DNA of 64,000 nt, taken from positions 62,932,001-62,996,000 of the forward strand of contig NW_024704743.1 of NCBI RefSeq assembly GCF_018977255.1, read 5' to 3'. Shown here piece by piece: positions 45,365 to 58,621 of this stretch (positions within the stretch are counted from its first letter, which is position 1; the number at the start of each line of letters is the position of its first letter). Both the position numbers and the translations under genes were made by a program. The notes under the pieces were generated by a model. That model was not told the origin of the DNA, ran no database searches, and saw nothing but the letters and a program-made list of their open reading frames with translations. The DNA comes from Callorhinchus milii. Lineage: Eukaryota.

Positions 45365-47464
45365 GTAATAACAGTCACTACACTCAAAGTACAGTAACCT
45401 GATCACTCGTCACTCCAAGAGATGGCAACTGAGTCAGTTGCAAGGGGAAAGGGCTCAGCAACTAGTCAAATGGGCCTGAGAACCTTCTTCATCCAAACGA
45501 ATCTTGTGATCACGTGAGCTCATGATTTAGACAGGCTTAGAATTACCCCCTTTGCTTTTTCAGTCTCTGCCCTTCTGGGTCACTTTCCAGTGATGCAATT
45601 TAGAGATTCCTGAAATAGATATCACTGAGGGGAACTCCCTCCAACAACATTTTCAATATCCATCTCTATAAAGCAAGGTTGTGCAGTTGACTTTTTACTG
45701 AGTGAATTTGAGTAGAGCCATTGGCGCACAATAACTGGCAGTCTAAACCCAGGATCCACAAGCTGAATATTGAAGACCCGACCCAGTTCCATGGACTTCA
45801 GGAAGGAAAATGGGGTTGGGGAGGCAAACTGTCTCAACTTCCGACATATTTAGGTACAAGTGATTCGACGTGTAAAGCATTTCTGTATTTCAATTGAATC
45901 TTAGATCTGAATATACTAAATAGTGCCAGGAGATGTGATCTGTATCTTAATTCCACTAGTTACCCATCCCCCAATGAATAAAATTGGATTAAAATCAATT
46001 GACTCATGTGGAGTATAAAGACTGGCCTGGACTGGTTGGGCTGAATGGCCTGTTTCTGTGCTGTACATTCTTTGTAAATCTTGGTAAATTCAAAATCCTT
46101 GTCTTCGCGTTTAAATCCTTCCACTGCCCTGTCCCTCTCTGTTTCATGTCCCCCGCCTGACCTTTATCACTAGCGGTGGGCGAGCTTTCAGACATTCAGT
46201 CCAAGTTCTTTGGAAATCAGGCCCCTCTCCCTGCAACTTTAAAGCCCATCTCAAGACCTTCGCACTTTTTGTCACTTGCCCCCAACTTATCTTTGAGACG
46301 TTTTCCAGATGTAGCTTTGAGGCATCATCCTGACTTGCACGTAGCTATATAATTGTAAAATTGTTGTTATTGTTGTTTGGTGCTGACAATAATCCCAGGT
46401 CAGCTCCCAGGTGTGGATAAATTGTGTTTCACTGCTTCTTGTCACCAAGACACTGTAGACTATGGGCTAAGCTCTCTGAAAAGCTACCCTTCGTGAGAGG
46501 CACTATATAAATGCATGTTGTTGTTGTTGTTGTTGCCGCTGACATTTTACTGACATTGTCTTCATTTATGGGTGTCCAAAATCACAATTGCAATTTAAGC
46601 TGCACCTTGTGAAGAAATTTTTCCAAACCTGTTTATCCAAACCTATTTGGATAATTTATTGTTGAAAAGTCAAGATTTACCAGTATTGTACGTTTTGAAA
46701 ATTCTTAAAGATTAATAATTTAAGAATGGAACTGCAGTTGAATTCATATGCGTTCCAATGAACCACTTCCTTAATGGTATTGTGAAGTGTGGTCTCACTA
46801 TTTTTTCAACACATTGCATAAATTTCAGATATATGATGTGGAACAATCACACTTAACCCATTGCATTTTTTATGTGTTATGCAAATATGTATGTAGCACT
46901 TAAACTATCACCTCAGACTGTTGAACCACTACTGCAAGTCCTCCACCCTAGTTTTGCATAACTCAAAGTGTTCTCTTCAGACCCCAGGCTTGGAAGGCCA
47001 AAATCTACAGTTTGCGTTGCTAAACCTAAGCGAATGTTGTGTGAGAAAGTCAGTCTCACCCCCACGCTTCACTGAACCCCAGTGAAGTTAATCAAGGATT
47101 TCATCTGCTCACCAATACAAGGATTATTACTATTACAGATTAGGGAGATCCAAGTGACAACACTGATATGGCTTTATGTGTATACTAACACTGTAGCCAA
47201 AAATTCTGTTGGCAGAAGGTGTGACCTGATCTTTTAACATTATTAATCCTTGCATTTGATCTTGGGCCTAATTACATTGTCGAGATGACTCAAAGTGACT
47301 TTGTATTTGTCAGCAAACACTGCAGCCAATATGCACACAGCGATATCCCTCAAACAGTGCCACGTGACAATGTGGTTATGGTCAGACAATCAGAGGAATA
47401 GGCTTGTTTACCTATCTACCTACATCAGCTCCATAGTATTGCCCATCCACAGTGTTCAACACAG

Positions 47465-47910
47465 TCGCAACAAAAACTTGCATGTAAACAGCACCCTTTA
47501 AACGGAGCGATTAACCATGGCAGAGCCTGATGCCGAGCTAGGGAGAGTATGTAATCTCTTGGATGGTCAGAGAGGAAGGTCTTCAGGTGTGATCTGAAGA
47601 TGGACAAGGAGGAGGCAAGGTGGAGGGATTGAGGCAGAAAGTTCCAGAGTATTGGGACGTAGTTGCTGAAAGCATGGCTGCTGATGATGGAGTGGTAGGG
47701 GATCAGGAACATGAAGGATGCCAGAGCCAGTTGAGCAAAGGGTGGGACATGTAGAGGAGTATGGTGGAAGAAGGTCGGAGACGTAGGCAAATGCCAGGGC
47801 ATGAAATGATTTATACGTGAGTGTGAAGATCCTGAAATCCATCTGTTCTACAATAGGGTGCCAATGGAGCTTAGTAAAGACTGGAGTAACGGGGGTGTGG
47901 AACTTTGTAC
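47465..47910 (-). mobile_element. Older L2 3' fragment
   Basis: FRIFTLTYKSFHALA..YVSDLL; LWNFLPQSLHLASSLSIFRSHLKTFL. Confidence 0.85.
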
Positions 47911-48954
47911 CTACACATCATGGTAACACATCTGTGGCTGGGACTGTATAGCTGAAGTGAAACTTTGATGTGATAACCTCACTGATCAGTAAATGCAAAA
48001 GAAACATTATGTTAAAGTAGGCAAGGAAAAGGTTTGTTTGATTTTTGAAAGAAAGAAAAATATGTTTATCCTGTATATGTGCTGTATCTAGAATTATTTC
48101 ATGAGTATTTGCTGTTAAGCCTCAAGGCTGTTTTCGCAGGCAAATTCAGCAGCCATTTGCACCAGCAATCGCCATGTGTTCAATGACCAATTTAATTCTT
48201 AATAGAAAAGGATTACCACAAGCAAAGTTTGGATTTTATCACACAAGCCATGTGCTGCTGTACCAGCATTTTTTTATGAACAGGATGTTACATGAGTCAA
48301 CCTCAGCAAATGAACATTTAAATTCTTGTAATTGTCAATAAATATTAAACCATGGCCCATGACATTCAGGAACTTGTACCAATGTGAAATTAAGTGTAAA
48401 ATGAATGACTGAAGATCCCAAGTGGATCAAGTGACATTAAAAATAGCTAAAATCTTGGTCGACGCACAAAGTAGTTTTTTTAGTTCCACTATTCTATGGT
48501 ATATTTAGGTAAGGTTTGCGTTAACAGCAGCTTGAACCTTTCACTGGAAAATTCTGGGGCAGATAGGTTAGGCAGGTAGAATTTCTCAGAACTCCACTAA
48601 GTTCCTGCTGCTTTGAAGTTACCAGTTATTACCTTTGCTTCTCAATTACTAAGAATTATTTTTATATTTCATTAAAATTTGATTCACATACTAATCTCAC
48701 ATCTATGAGATTTCATGCAAAGAAAGGTAAACAAATTGAAAAGAAAGAAGTCAGGGAGTTATGAAGAGCTTCTGGATTGAGTACAGTGTGAGTGTGAATT
48801 ATTAACTTGGTAAAGATATTGTGAAAATACAGTATTCAGCAGCAAAATATTAACTGCACTCCACAAATCATTGTCATCACATTGAATCTGACTAATTCAC
48901 TGTGTCTGCATTGTCCTCAGTGAACAGCAACTCACTTTGTATTAAATATCCTCC

Positions 48955-49270
48955 ACAACACAACTTATATTTATTTAGAACCTTTCACTTCGGGAGCACA
49001 TTGCAAAGCTGGAAAATGCTGGATGGACACCTGAGCTGGAGATGGAGGCCAAGGTGGGTGGGGAGGGGAAAGATGACTAAAAGCGCAGTCAGTGAGGTGC
49101 ATTTTGAGATGTGCCTTGACTGAGGGGAGGGAGGGAGCAAGTCAGAGGGACTCTGGGATGGAGTCCAGAGATCAGGTGCAGTGCCTGAAAGCCAGCTCAT
49201 TGGTGGTGGTGCGGATAAAGCAGGGATATGAGGCAGGCCAATGCCCAATGGAGCAGCTGGATAGGTGTGG
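48955..49270 (-). mobile_element. Older L2 3' fragment
   Basis: caacttatatttatttagaacctttcacttcgggag tail; gggatggagtccagag. Confidence 0.75.
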
Positions 49271-49283
49271 TATAGTACATTAT

Positions 49284-49612
49284 AGTCCTGTAGCTCAGTG
49301 GTTAGAGCACTCGCTTTGCAAGCGAGAGACCTGAGTTCAATTCCAGGCAGAGGGCGAAACCTTGGGCAAGTTTCCTTACTCCACACATCTAATAATAATC
49401 CCTCCAAAACCAAAAAAATAATAATAAATTGGTCATTTTCAATCTACGACTGTTTGTGGGACATTGCTGTGCGCAATTGGCTGCCGCATTCGCCCACAAA
49501 TATACAGTCAATTCACTTTACAGTGTGTTCTGTGAAGCGCTTTGGGACGTCCTCCCGACGTGAAAAGCGCTATATCAAATGCAAGGATTTTTATTATTAT
49601 TATTATTATTAT
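49284..49612 (+). mobile_element. tRNA-Ala-headed SINE, short young subfamily with L2-matching tail
   Basis: Intact A/B boxes, perfect ctcgc-tttgcaa-gcgag arm, many retained CpGs, (tta)n tail. Confidence 0.95.
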
Positions 49613-50787
49613 GGAAAGTACAGCACAGTTTATTCAGCCTATGCTGGTGCCAGCTCTCCCACCAGAGCTACCTACAGTACTATCTACAGCACTAATCCCA
49701 ATGTGCTGCTCTTTCCCCTCACCCTTTTACATTGTTTCTGTCCAAATATACTCACTGAGCTATCGGAGGAGCTCAGAGTGAATTTTTGTTGAGAATAATA
49801 CCGCAACATATATAATAACCACTGGGGCTAAGCAACTGGAATGAAAATACTCTCATTCTCACACTTCAAAGCATAATAAACTGGGTAAGATTAGTTTTCT
49901 TTTCTCTTCGATTATTTATGGCTTTGAACCAAATTCTATAGGATGCAGGAAGATGAATACCACATTTGATCAGATAATTAGCACCTTTAAAGATTGAGCG
50001 ACACATTGCAGAGTCTGGATTTCTGCAGACTATGCAATCTCTAGGGACTATTTTGCAATCTAATTCCAGGTTCCAGAGCCCATCATTGATGGCACTGGCT
50101 GCATTAATACCTGAGCAGATGCTCAGTTTGTTGAATTAGGAAACAAATCTAGATAATCTTAAAGTTAGGCCCCCTCACCAGGTGCACAGGAAAGTCAAGT
50201 CATGGACATAACATTATTCTGTCTGAGTTTAAAAATAATTTGAAATCCTTCTCTGGGGCTCTTATGTCATTCTTTTGCTGAGAGGAGGAATGGACAATCT
50301 CATTCTAGAGTCTGAGTCTATGATGCAACCGTACAAGAAGGGTGCTACACAAATGCAAGTTGTTGTTGTTGGAGGAATTTCAAAGCAAGCTCCTAGGGGA
50401 CAAAGTCCTGGGTGAGTCACTCTCTAGCTTTACAGTGCACTCTAAAAACCATGGCAACTCGACCAAGATCTGTGAGACTCAGTTTTTTGGGAATCACAGG
50501 CCCGAACCCGTGTCCTACTCTACACCATGATGATTCAGTGGCATATTTTATTGCAAGCTGTGCCTCAATGCCATCACAGCCCTGATGCATTAATTTAATG
50601 GGGCCATGGTAATTCAAGATCAGAGCAGAAAAGCTTGTAACATTCGGCCTGTAGTTCTCTTCAAAATGAAGAGTACCTTGTCCTGGCTGTGGGGGAATGC
50701 TTCTGCTGGGGACTTTCCCTTTTAACAGAAATTGTGGGCTCGGTATAACTTCAGAAAGGTTTAGTGGTTTATTATTCACTGAATAAC

Positions 50788-51168
50788 AAATATTAACAAT
50801 CCTTTCATTTGATATAGCACCTTATCACATCGTCGCGATGTCTCAAAGTGCTTCACAGCATTCACTGTAAAGTGGAATGACTGTGTATTTTGTGGGCGAA
50901 ATGTGGCAGCCAATTGGCACAGCAGTATCCTACAAACAGTTGTGGATTGAGTGACCAAATTATTATTATTATTTGTTTATTTACTGAAGGGATTATTAAC
51001 CCGCCAATCAACTAACAACCAGGTTCCTTCTTACTGCTAGGTAAAGAGAGGCGAGTGGTTGGAATAAGGAAACTTGCCTAAGGTTTTCCCCTGTCTGGGA
51101 ACCAAATTGAACCCAGGTCCTCTTGCTTGCGAGGCAAGTGCTCTAACCACTACCCTAATGGGACTCCA
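50788..51168 (-). mobile_element. tRNA-Ala-headed SINE, long subfamily
   Basis: Full reverse copy with ttactgctaggtaaa segment. Confidence 0.9.
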
Positions 51169-53689
51169 CAACCTAGAGAGAGAGAGGGAGAGCGAGAGAA
51201 ATGGGAGGGGGTGAAGGATCTTTGCTGAGAGCGAGGAAGGATCCTGGTAGATAAGTGAATGAATGAATGAATGAATGAATGGGATGAAATGGAATGAAGA
51301 TACGTTGTGAGAGTATGTCTAAAGAAAGTCAACTATTAACTGTTAGTTGACTCCTGGACACATGTTATTGATTTGAATCCGGACTATCTTCAGACAACAT
51401 AAAAACAATTGCAACACAACAACCACTTGCATTTATATAGCTCTCTTCACTCAGGATAGCATCTCAGAGTGCTGGCTGCACAGTGGTGGGGTTGGATGCC
51501 AAGCAATTAAAGGTTATGGGGAATTCTTGTAGCCCCTGTTAGCCGTGCGATGTTTGAAGCATTCAAAAATATGCTACTCACAAGAAAATTGCTTTATTAT
51601 TTCTTTGTTTTCCCTTTATTTCAAATTATTTTTCTCCCTGTTTCTAAATTCTATCCACATAGGCTTCCTTTTGCAGGTTGTTCCACAGGCGTTTGTTCTG
51701 TTTCTGAGTCAATGCAGAACTTACCCCAGGTACGTGGGTGGACGGGTGGAGTCCATGATAGAGTGGAGTTTGCAGTTACACATGGTCTGTGTTCAGAATG
51801 GGGTTAATGGACCAAATTGTCTTTTGTCATTCAATTTTATTATGGTCCTTCTGATCTTCAAATCCCTATGTTAACTTGCTCTATCCCTAACTCTGCCATC
51901 ATATTCCCATGTTTTCTGGGATTTTCTTCCTAAATCCACCCATCTTACACTTTTCTCATCTGTTAATAATAATAATGCCTTGCTTTGTATAGTACAATTT
52001 ACCATGGTAGGTGGGAATAGCATCAGATGAGGATTTGCCTTGGAGTTGAAGGGAAGCTGTTTGTTAGCACCTTGCTGTGTTGGGATCGTTCACTCTAACA
52101 ATCCCAGAGCAGGAGACATTAAGGGTAATTCATTGGGCTGTGTGTGTAATGAGCAGAAAGGCAGCATTGAGCAAGGGATTCAGGGTTCAGCCATTAGTTT
52201 GAAATCATAACATGTTTCTTACTCAGGGACATCTCATTGATTGCCAGAATCAAACAAAACAGCTTGAAAGATTTGCGGTGACTCACATCACTTCTGCTAA
52301 TGGCCTCATGCAAAAACACAGACACACAGACACACACACAGCTCCACAACTGTTTCTTTGGAAATATGTGTAGGGGGCGAACAAGATTAAAGCAGGAATG
52401 TCAGCAAAATGTTACAAGTTGCCATTATGTGCTTGCTATTCCGTGCCAGCTGTTTCTCAATGTTACTTGTGCACTTATGAAAACCCAGCCTCACTCCATT
52501 CATTTGTCTCAATTGTGCCATTTGGAATGAATGCACTGAAGAGAGATAGTGTAAACAGAGCTGATGTATCTCAGCCCTCCTTTCTGTGTATGCGTGGTTA
52601 AGATGGGCATTTGTTGTTTCAGTATTAGAGCCTTGTGTGTTTATCTGAAAGCAAAGCAAACATCATCCTGTAAAACATGCTCATTAATATACATTAATAT
52701 TATTAGATGAAACAGAAGTCTGATCTTAATGCTGTATTTTAATCACAGCTGTCTATCTATCTGTGCCTGCCTGCCTATCTCCCACCAGTTGCTTTTGTAA
52801 GTGCCTTATGTATATCGATGAGATATACTTATGCGAGAGATGTACACTGCTTAGCAGTAAGTGCTTGTATGTGCCAGTATGGCTGTAGAGATTTCTGTTT
52901 AATGTTTCCGTAAACCACTGAGAAAGGTGGACGGCGATTAAGACTCCTAAAGCACTGTAGCTAGATGATTTTCCCACTAGGTCTCCGCAGTCTGCAGGTC
53001 TGAATTGCTTTTAAAGTAACAGAAGAAAGTTAGTTTGATACCAGGTGCAATGTAATGGAGAAGACGACAACTTTGACATCTCTTTTTATAAGAAAAGAAC
53101 ATGGACAGAGAGAGGTTATGCTTTATATTTTGAATTCCCAAATGCTGGCTGACTCACACAATGCAGAGACAACAGGATGGACATGAGCATGCCTGTGCTG
53201 TAGTGTACACATTAAGTGTAATGTTTAAGAGCACCTGTCAGTTTACAAAGCAGTGGCTTTCAAAGCGCTGTAGTTATGGGTTACAGAGATCAAACAGACC
53301 ATCCCAGTTTCCTGCAGTAAGCAAGCATAACAACAGACTGACCTTGAAACAGTCTATAAAATTTTCGTTGTGAGGCAATTAGGAAGAGGATAAAGAAGGA
53401 AACAGATGTGTCTCTTAAAAACAGACAAATGCAAGATCTTGTTACACAAATAATTAATTTGCATTTTTACCTTTATGTTGGAGTGAGGTGTGGAGTGGAT
53501 TGGGTCCTCTGTCTGGGAGTTGGTGTTTGGAGCACTATTCCTGAGCAAGGTACCATTTGTTGGTCTTCAACAGAAATCAGTGAACTGGATCAACTTGCTG
53601 AAAATCTGACGTGGTCCATGTTCAGACTAACTAAAACCATTGTAATCTTGAGAATGAACCCAGTTCTTTTTGAATCCAAATCACAAATA

Positions 53690-54100
53690 ATATAGTCCTT
53701 GCATTTCATACAAAACATATAATGGCAAAATGTGTCAAAGCACTTCCCAGGTAATTGTCATGTTTCTTTCTGGCTGTAATTTTAAGCAGATCCAGAAGCC
53801 AATTTTGCATATACACATAAACAGCCATGAGGTGAATAACCAATATATCTGGGGGATTGTTGGCCAGGACACCAGGAGGAACTCCATTCACTTTTTGAAT
53901 AGTGCAATGGGATCTTTAAAAGGCAGATAGAAACTTGGTTTAAAGTCATCCAAAGGGCAGCACCTGTGACCATCCGGCACTCCTCCATTACTGTGCTGGA
54001 ATGCCAGCTTAGACTGTGAGCTTAAAGCACTGACATAAAAATTAAACCAACCACCTTCTTACTCAGAGATAGGCAGAGACCCACTGAATTAAAGTGACAC
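53690..54100 (-). mobile_element. Deu-domain SINE
   Basis: gttggccaggacacc, aatagtgcaatgggatcttta, accttcttactcagag. Confidence 0.8.
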
Positions 54101-54329
54101 AGCGTGAAGTTAAATACATAGTGTATATGAATTGTACATGTCATTTATTGTACGCTGTTTATTTAGGGCGGAACGAGTCTATCAGTCACAGTAAAATTGA
54201 TGTTGCCGACGTTGTGGCAAAAGGAGGATGCAATTTCTGTTTAAAAGTTTATTTTGCAAGGTCTCCATCATATGTCATTTATTTCGTTTTTTATACAATC
54301 TTGTAGGAGATAACAGCTAACGAGATAAA

Positions 54330-54585
54330 ATGAAGACAGACATTTTTGAGACAATGTTGGGAGAGAGCATCAGAGAGACTAGGCTCAGTGGTTTAAGGCT
54401 CTCCTGCTAATAGTGGGGTGTAGCAGCCTGGGGAGGAGCGGGGTCATGAAGCAGGCTGGAGTTGTCAGAGCAGAGGGAGTAGGATCGCAGGAGATCACAC
54501 GGGTAGAGTGACTCAAGGTTGTGGAAGCATTTGAAGGGAGGACAAGAATCTTACAGTTGATCCACTGGGGATTAGGCTGTTAGTG
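54330..54585 (-). mobile_element. Degraded L2 fragment
   Basis: catgaagcaggctggag..cagagggagt..ttgaagggaggacaagaatc parallels the 27470-27600 copy. Confidence 0.65.
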
Positions 54586-54997
54586 GAATTTTAGGCTTGT
54601 ACAATCCAAAGAATACATTTACTGTAAGGTTGATAGTCACAAGACAAAATAGGTTAACAATGCATGTGCAAATTTAGTAGGTTGGGCTAATGGGCAAATG
54701 GATAGAGGTGCTTTTAATCATAAGTAAATCCTACCACCGATAGGAAGGTGCGGAGCGTGGTCCAGGGTGTTAACCCTTTCACATCCTTTGGCACTTCTCG
54801 GGCAGGTAAGATCGGTTATCCTGGAACAGGTGAGAGTTGTGTTCCGTTTCAGGCTGCACTTGACTGTTGTGCACAACTCAATGCAGATACAATACAATTT
54901 TCATTTATATAGTGCCTTTCACATCAGGTGGACTTCTCAAAGTGCTTGATTGACCAACTGTGTGGATGCTCTCAGTTATCTGATTAATAACCAATAA

Positions 54998-55347
54998 TCC
55001 TGTAGCTCAGTGGTTAGAGCACTTACCTCGCAATCGAGAGATCTGGGTTCTATTCCAGGCAGGGTGAAATGTTGGGACAGTTTCCTTACAAGCATCTGTT
55101 TACCTAGCAGTAAGTAAGGACCTGGTTGTTAGTCAATTGGTGGATCACTTTCCCGGGGATAATAATCCCTGAAAAAAAATGTGGTCACTCAATCCACGAC
55201 TGTTTGTGGGACGCTGCTGTGCGCAATTGGCTGCCGCTTTTCGCCCACAAATATAGTCAATTCACTTACAGTATATTCTGTGAAGGGTTTTGAGGCGCCT
55301 AGAAGATGGGAAAAGCACTATATCACATACAAGGATTATTATTATTA
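54998..55347 (+). mobile_element. tRNA-Ala-headed SINE, long subfamily
   Basis: tcctgtagctcagtggttagagcac, ctgtttacctagcagtaagtaagg, tail. Confidence 0.92.
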
Positions 55348-56670
55348 AGAATAGAAAAGGTTATTGAAATCCCTGGAATTCTTATCATTAGCTGTTAATT
55401 AATTAAGAGCCCTGCAATTGTCTCACTTGTAAAACTGCTAATTTTCCCACAAATTGGACCCACATCATCAGATAATAGTTTTTACATATTCCATGTATAG
55501 AAGCAGATTTATAGACATAGGAGGAAGTCATTTGTCTCATCAAACCACTGCTGGTGCTAACTCTTCCACTGTTGCTTTAATCCCAATTGCTGCTCTTTGT
55601 AACACAAAGATGAGGTGTATCGTAAATCATTTAAACAAAACTACATAGGAGTGAAAATACATCTGCATAGCAAATGCTAAGATTATTTTACGGGGCAATA
55701 CAATTTATATTTATATAGGGCCTTCCACACTGGGAAGATATCCCAAAGAGCTTCATTAATATCCTTCTGGGCATCTGAGCTGGTGGGTGGGTAATGGAGA
55801 GGGTAGGGAAGAAAAGATGACCAAAAATGTGGTCCAAGAAGTAAGTATTGAGGCAAGCTTAAATTATTGTCTAATAGAGGCTGTCAGTTATAAAGTACAC
55901 CACCAGTTGTACAAAGTGTAGGATTAAAATGAACAGGATTCCTCCAGAGAACAACAATGAAGATACAAGCAGATTAATAATAGTTGTTAGTGGATATAGA
56001 ATTAATATCCTACTTTAGATAGTGATAATAGTGGTATATAAGACTAACATTCTAAGATTATTACAAGACTGTCAGCACTTAAGTGTATAGTTGTGATTTT
56101 TGAAGCTGAATGACATTATAAATTGTTTCGTATCTGTCCCAAACATGGTATGAAGCAGAGGCAGGTACAATAAGGATATTGTGAATCTACATTTGCTTTT
56201 CATTGCTCACCAGATAAAGCACAGAAAATTTATTACTTGGGATTGCTCAAGGCTGTTAATATTTATTACGGATAAATATACAGGATCTATTTCATGAAAT
56301 TTGTTCATGGAATTCCGCAACAGATTCTCATTGATGACTTTGGAAGAAGATTACTTCAGAGGCAGCAGTCGGCAGACACACACACACACACACACATTTG
56401 CAATGGTAAGGGTGAAAAATGCAGAATGTGATGTGTTTATTACAATGTGGGCTGTTCCCTGAGATATTATCTGAGGGACAGACACCTTCCAATTTTATGA
56501 ATGTGATTTTGCCCAAATATTTCAGGAATGCCATCTTATACTCAACATTTAAAGACATGCAGATTTGTAATGTGTATCAAATGTTATTGTGCGTAGGCCT
56601 TTTGCATAATGTAAAATACAAAAACTTCCATCGAAGAACACAGCATTTCTATACCTTTAAAAGCACACAT

Positions 56671-56918
56671 GGAATCCTGTAGCTAATTGATTAATGCACT
56701 AGTCACGCCCCCAGAGTCCTGGGTTCGATTCAAAAATAATAATAATAATTTGGTCACTCAATCCTCAACTGTTTGTGGGACACTGCTGTGCACAATTGCC
56801 TGCCACATTTCGCCCACAAAATGCACAGTCAATTACTTTAGAGTATATTCTGTGAAGTGCTTTAAGACGCCTCAAAGAAGTGATAAGACGCTGTATCAAA
56901 TGGAAGGATTATTATTAT
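56671..56918 (+). mobile_element. SINE with internal deletion, atggaagg tail variant
   Basis: Head gggttcgattc jumps to aataataatttggtcactc; tail atcaaatggaaggattatt. Confidence 0.88.
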
Positions 56919-57015
56919 TTTTGCTCCTGTGAGGCTCAGGCACTGTCTTTGGTAATTAGAATTGGTCTGCAGTTTTGTGATCTCCAAAGCTAAACTCAAG
57001 TTAGTTTCAACTTTC

Positions 57016-57090
57016 CTGTAATATTCTTTAAAGCGCTTGAGATGTGCATGATAAGGCTCTATATCAAATGCAAGAAATATTATTATTATA
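57016..57090 (+). mobile_element. Second SINE tail
   Basis: tattctttaaagcgcttgagatg..gataaggctctatatcaaatgcaag..tattatt. Confidence 0.75.
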
Positions 57091-57544
57091 TTTCATTCAC
57101 AATGTGCATTTGTAGTATATAATGCTGACATTTATTTCTTGCACAATTTTGGATTATAGAAGTTGTCATCCTTCTATATTTTTCAGTTCAGTTGTTGTGT
57201 TCATGTACATATTAGCTCAGCTTTTGTTATGTTAATAAACATATCATTGAACTTGAGACATTTTTCTGCTACTTAATTTGAATAAATGGTTGTTTTGTTC
57301 TGGTGATTTAAATATTAGGTCATTGTGAGAGATCCCAGGGAACTATTTTTCGGAAAAGCAGGCACAGAACAGATCTCATAGGAACAGTGGGATGAATCCT
57401 ATTAGTGGGATATTTACCCTCTAAGGCATCAGGGAGCTGTGGGTGAAGTGTTTTGATACTTTTTAATGTGATAAATAATAAGTAATGATCTTTGCATACA
57501 GTGCTTCAGACTGTAACTCAAACTCTTCACAGGGAATTGTATTT

Positions 57545-57720
57545 GATATCTGGAGAAATACACTTCTCTTTTTGAATGGGATCTTTAACGTTCTCCGAAA
57601 GAACAGGAATACAGGACCTTGATATAAAATTTCAGCCAAAGGATGGCACCTCTGACAAAGTGCCCCCTTGGTACTCAGTGCAATACCAGTCTGGACGTGG
57701 GCTATACAGGGCACAATACC
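57545..57720 (-). mobile_element. Deu-domain SINE core fragment
   Basis: atgggatctttaacg, aaggatggcacctctgaca. Confidence 0.7.
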
Positions 57721-58134
57721 AAATACAAATGTTATTATGGGCTATACCTCAAGCACAGATTGTTAGTCAAGTGGTTTGTGACGTTTTCAGCATCAGGGAG
57801 GCTAAAAGATGCATGGAATTATAAATATAATAACTAAACTGTTGTTCTATGGCACTTCCTGTTTGAATTAATTCACTTATCTCACTGGTCACGCACTCCA
57901 ACTCCCTCAGACAGGAGCAAGCCTTCTGCTTCTGGTGATGTTAGTACTGCTCCATTTGTAAGAATGGAATATGAAACTTATTACAAAAATAACTTGTGCC
58001 TGTTGGGGTGTGCATTTTCCGCAGAGTCTACAGCCCAAATCAGAACAACATTGTTCACAGCTTCTCATTGTGCATTTCAGTAAACTTGGCAGAGAATGGT
58101 GAGGTTGATGCCTCAGGTGGCTTTTGCTGCCTAT

Positions 58135-58410
58135 AACAGAGAGAGAGAGATGAGAGATATAACGAAAGCAGGCCAGAAATTCTAGAGATATGACAGAGAC
58201 ATGAGAGATACGATAGAGACACAGCATAGACATATGAGAGATACAAGATTTACAAGAGCGATACAAGACAGTTGAGTGGGAGATACACAAGTGAGAGATA
58301 AATGGGGCAGAGGGGGGTTTCTGTGTGTGACAGTAAAGGAAAGAAAGGGACAGAGAACATGAGGCAGGTGAGTCAGACAGACAGAGAGAGAGATGAGGAG
58401 ATATACAGAA
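58135..58410. repeat. GA-rich low-complexity tract
   Basis: Repeated gagagata/gacagaga units. Confidence 0.75.
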
Positions 58411-58621
58411 CAGAACTATTCCATAAATGCATTCTTCAATATAGGCGGAAGTTAAATACAGTGTAATTCTTCAATTCAAAGCATTTTATTTCTTGCTCCA
58501 TTTGATTTGAATATGTTGATGTTAGTGGATGCTGATATTCGTTGACATTGACAATGATACATTAATGCCTGCTGAGTGGATTTACCAGACTTTTCATATT
58601 TTATGGCAATGACAAGCAGCA

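Noticed and set aside
49284..49356. tRNA-Ala(TGC)-like cloverleaf, also at other SINE heads
   Set aside because: Runs straight into a SINE body and tail and has a poor acceptor stem; a SINE head, not a tRNA gene
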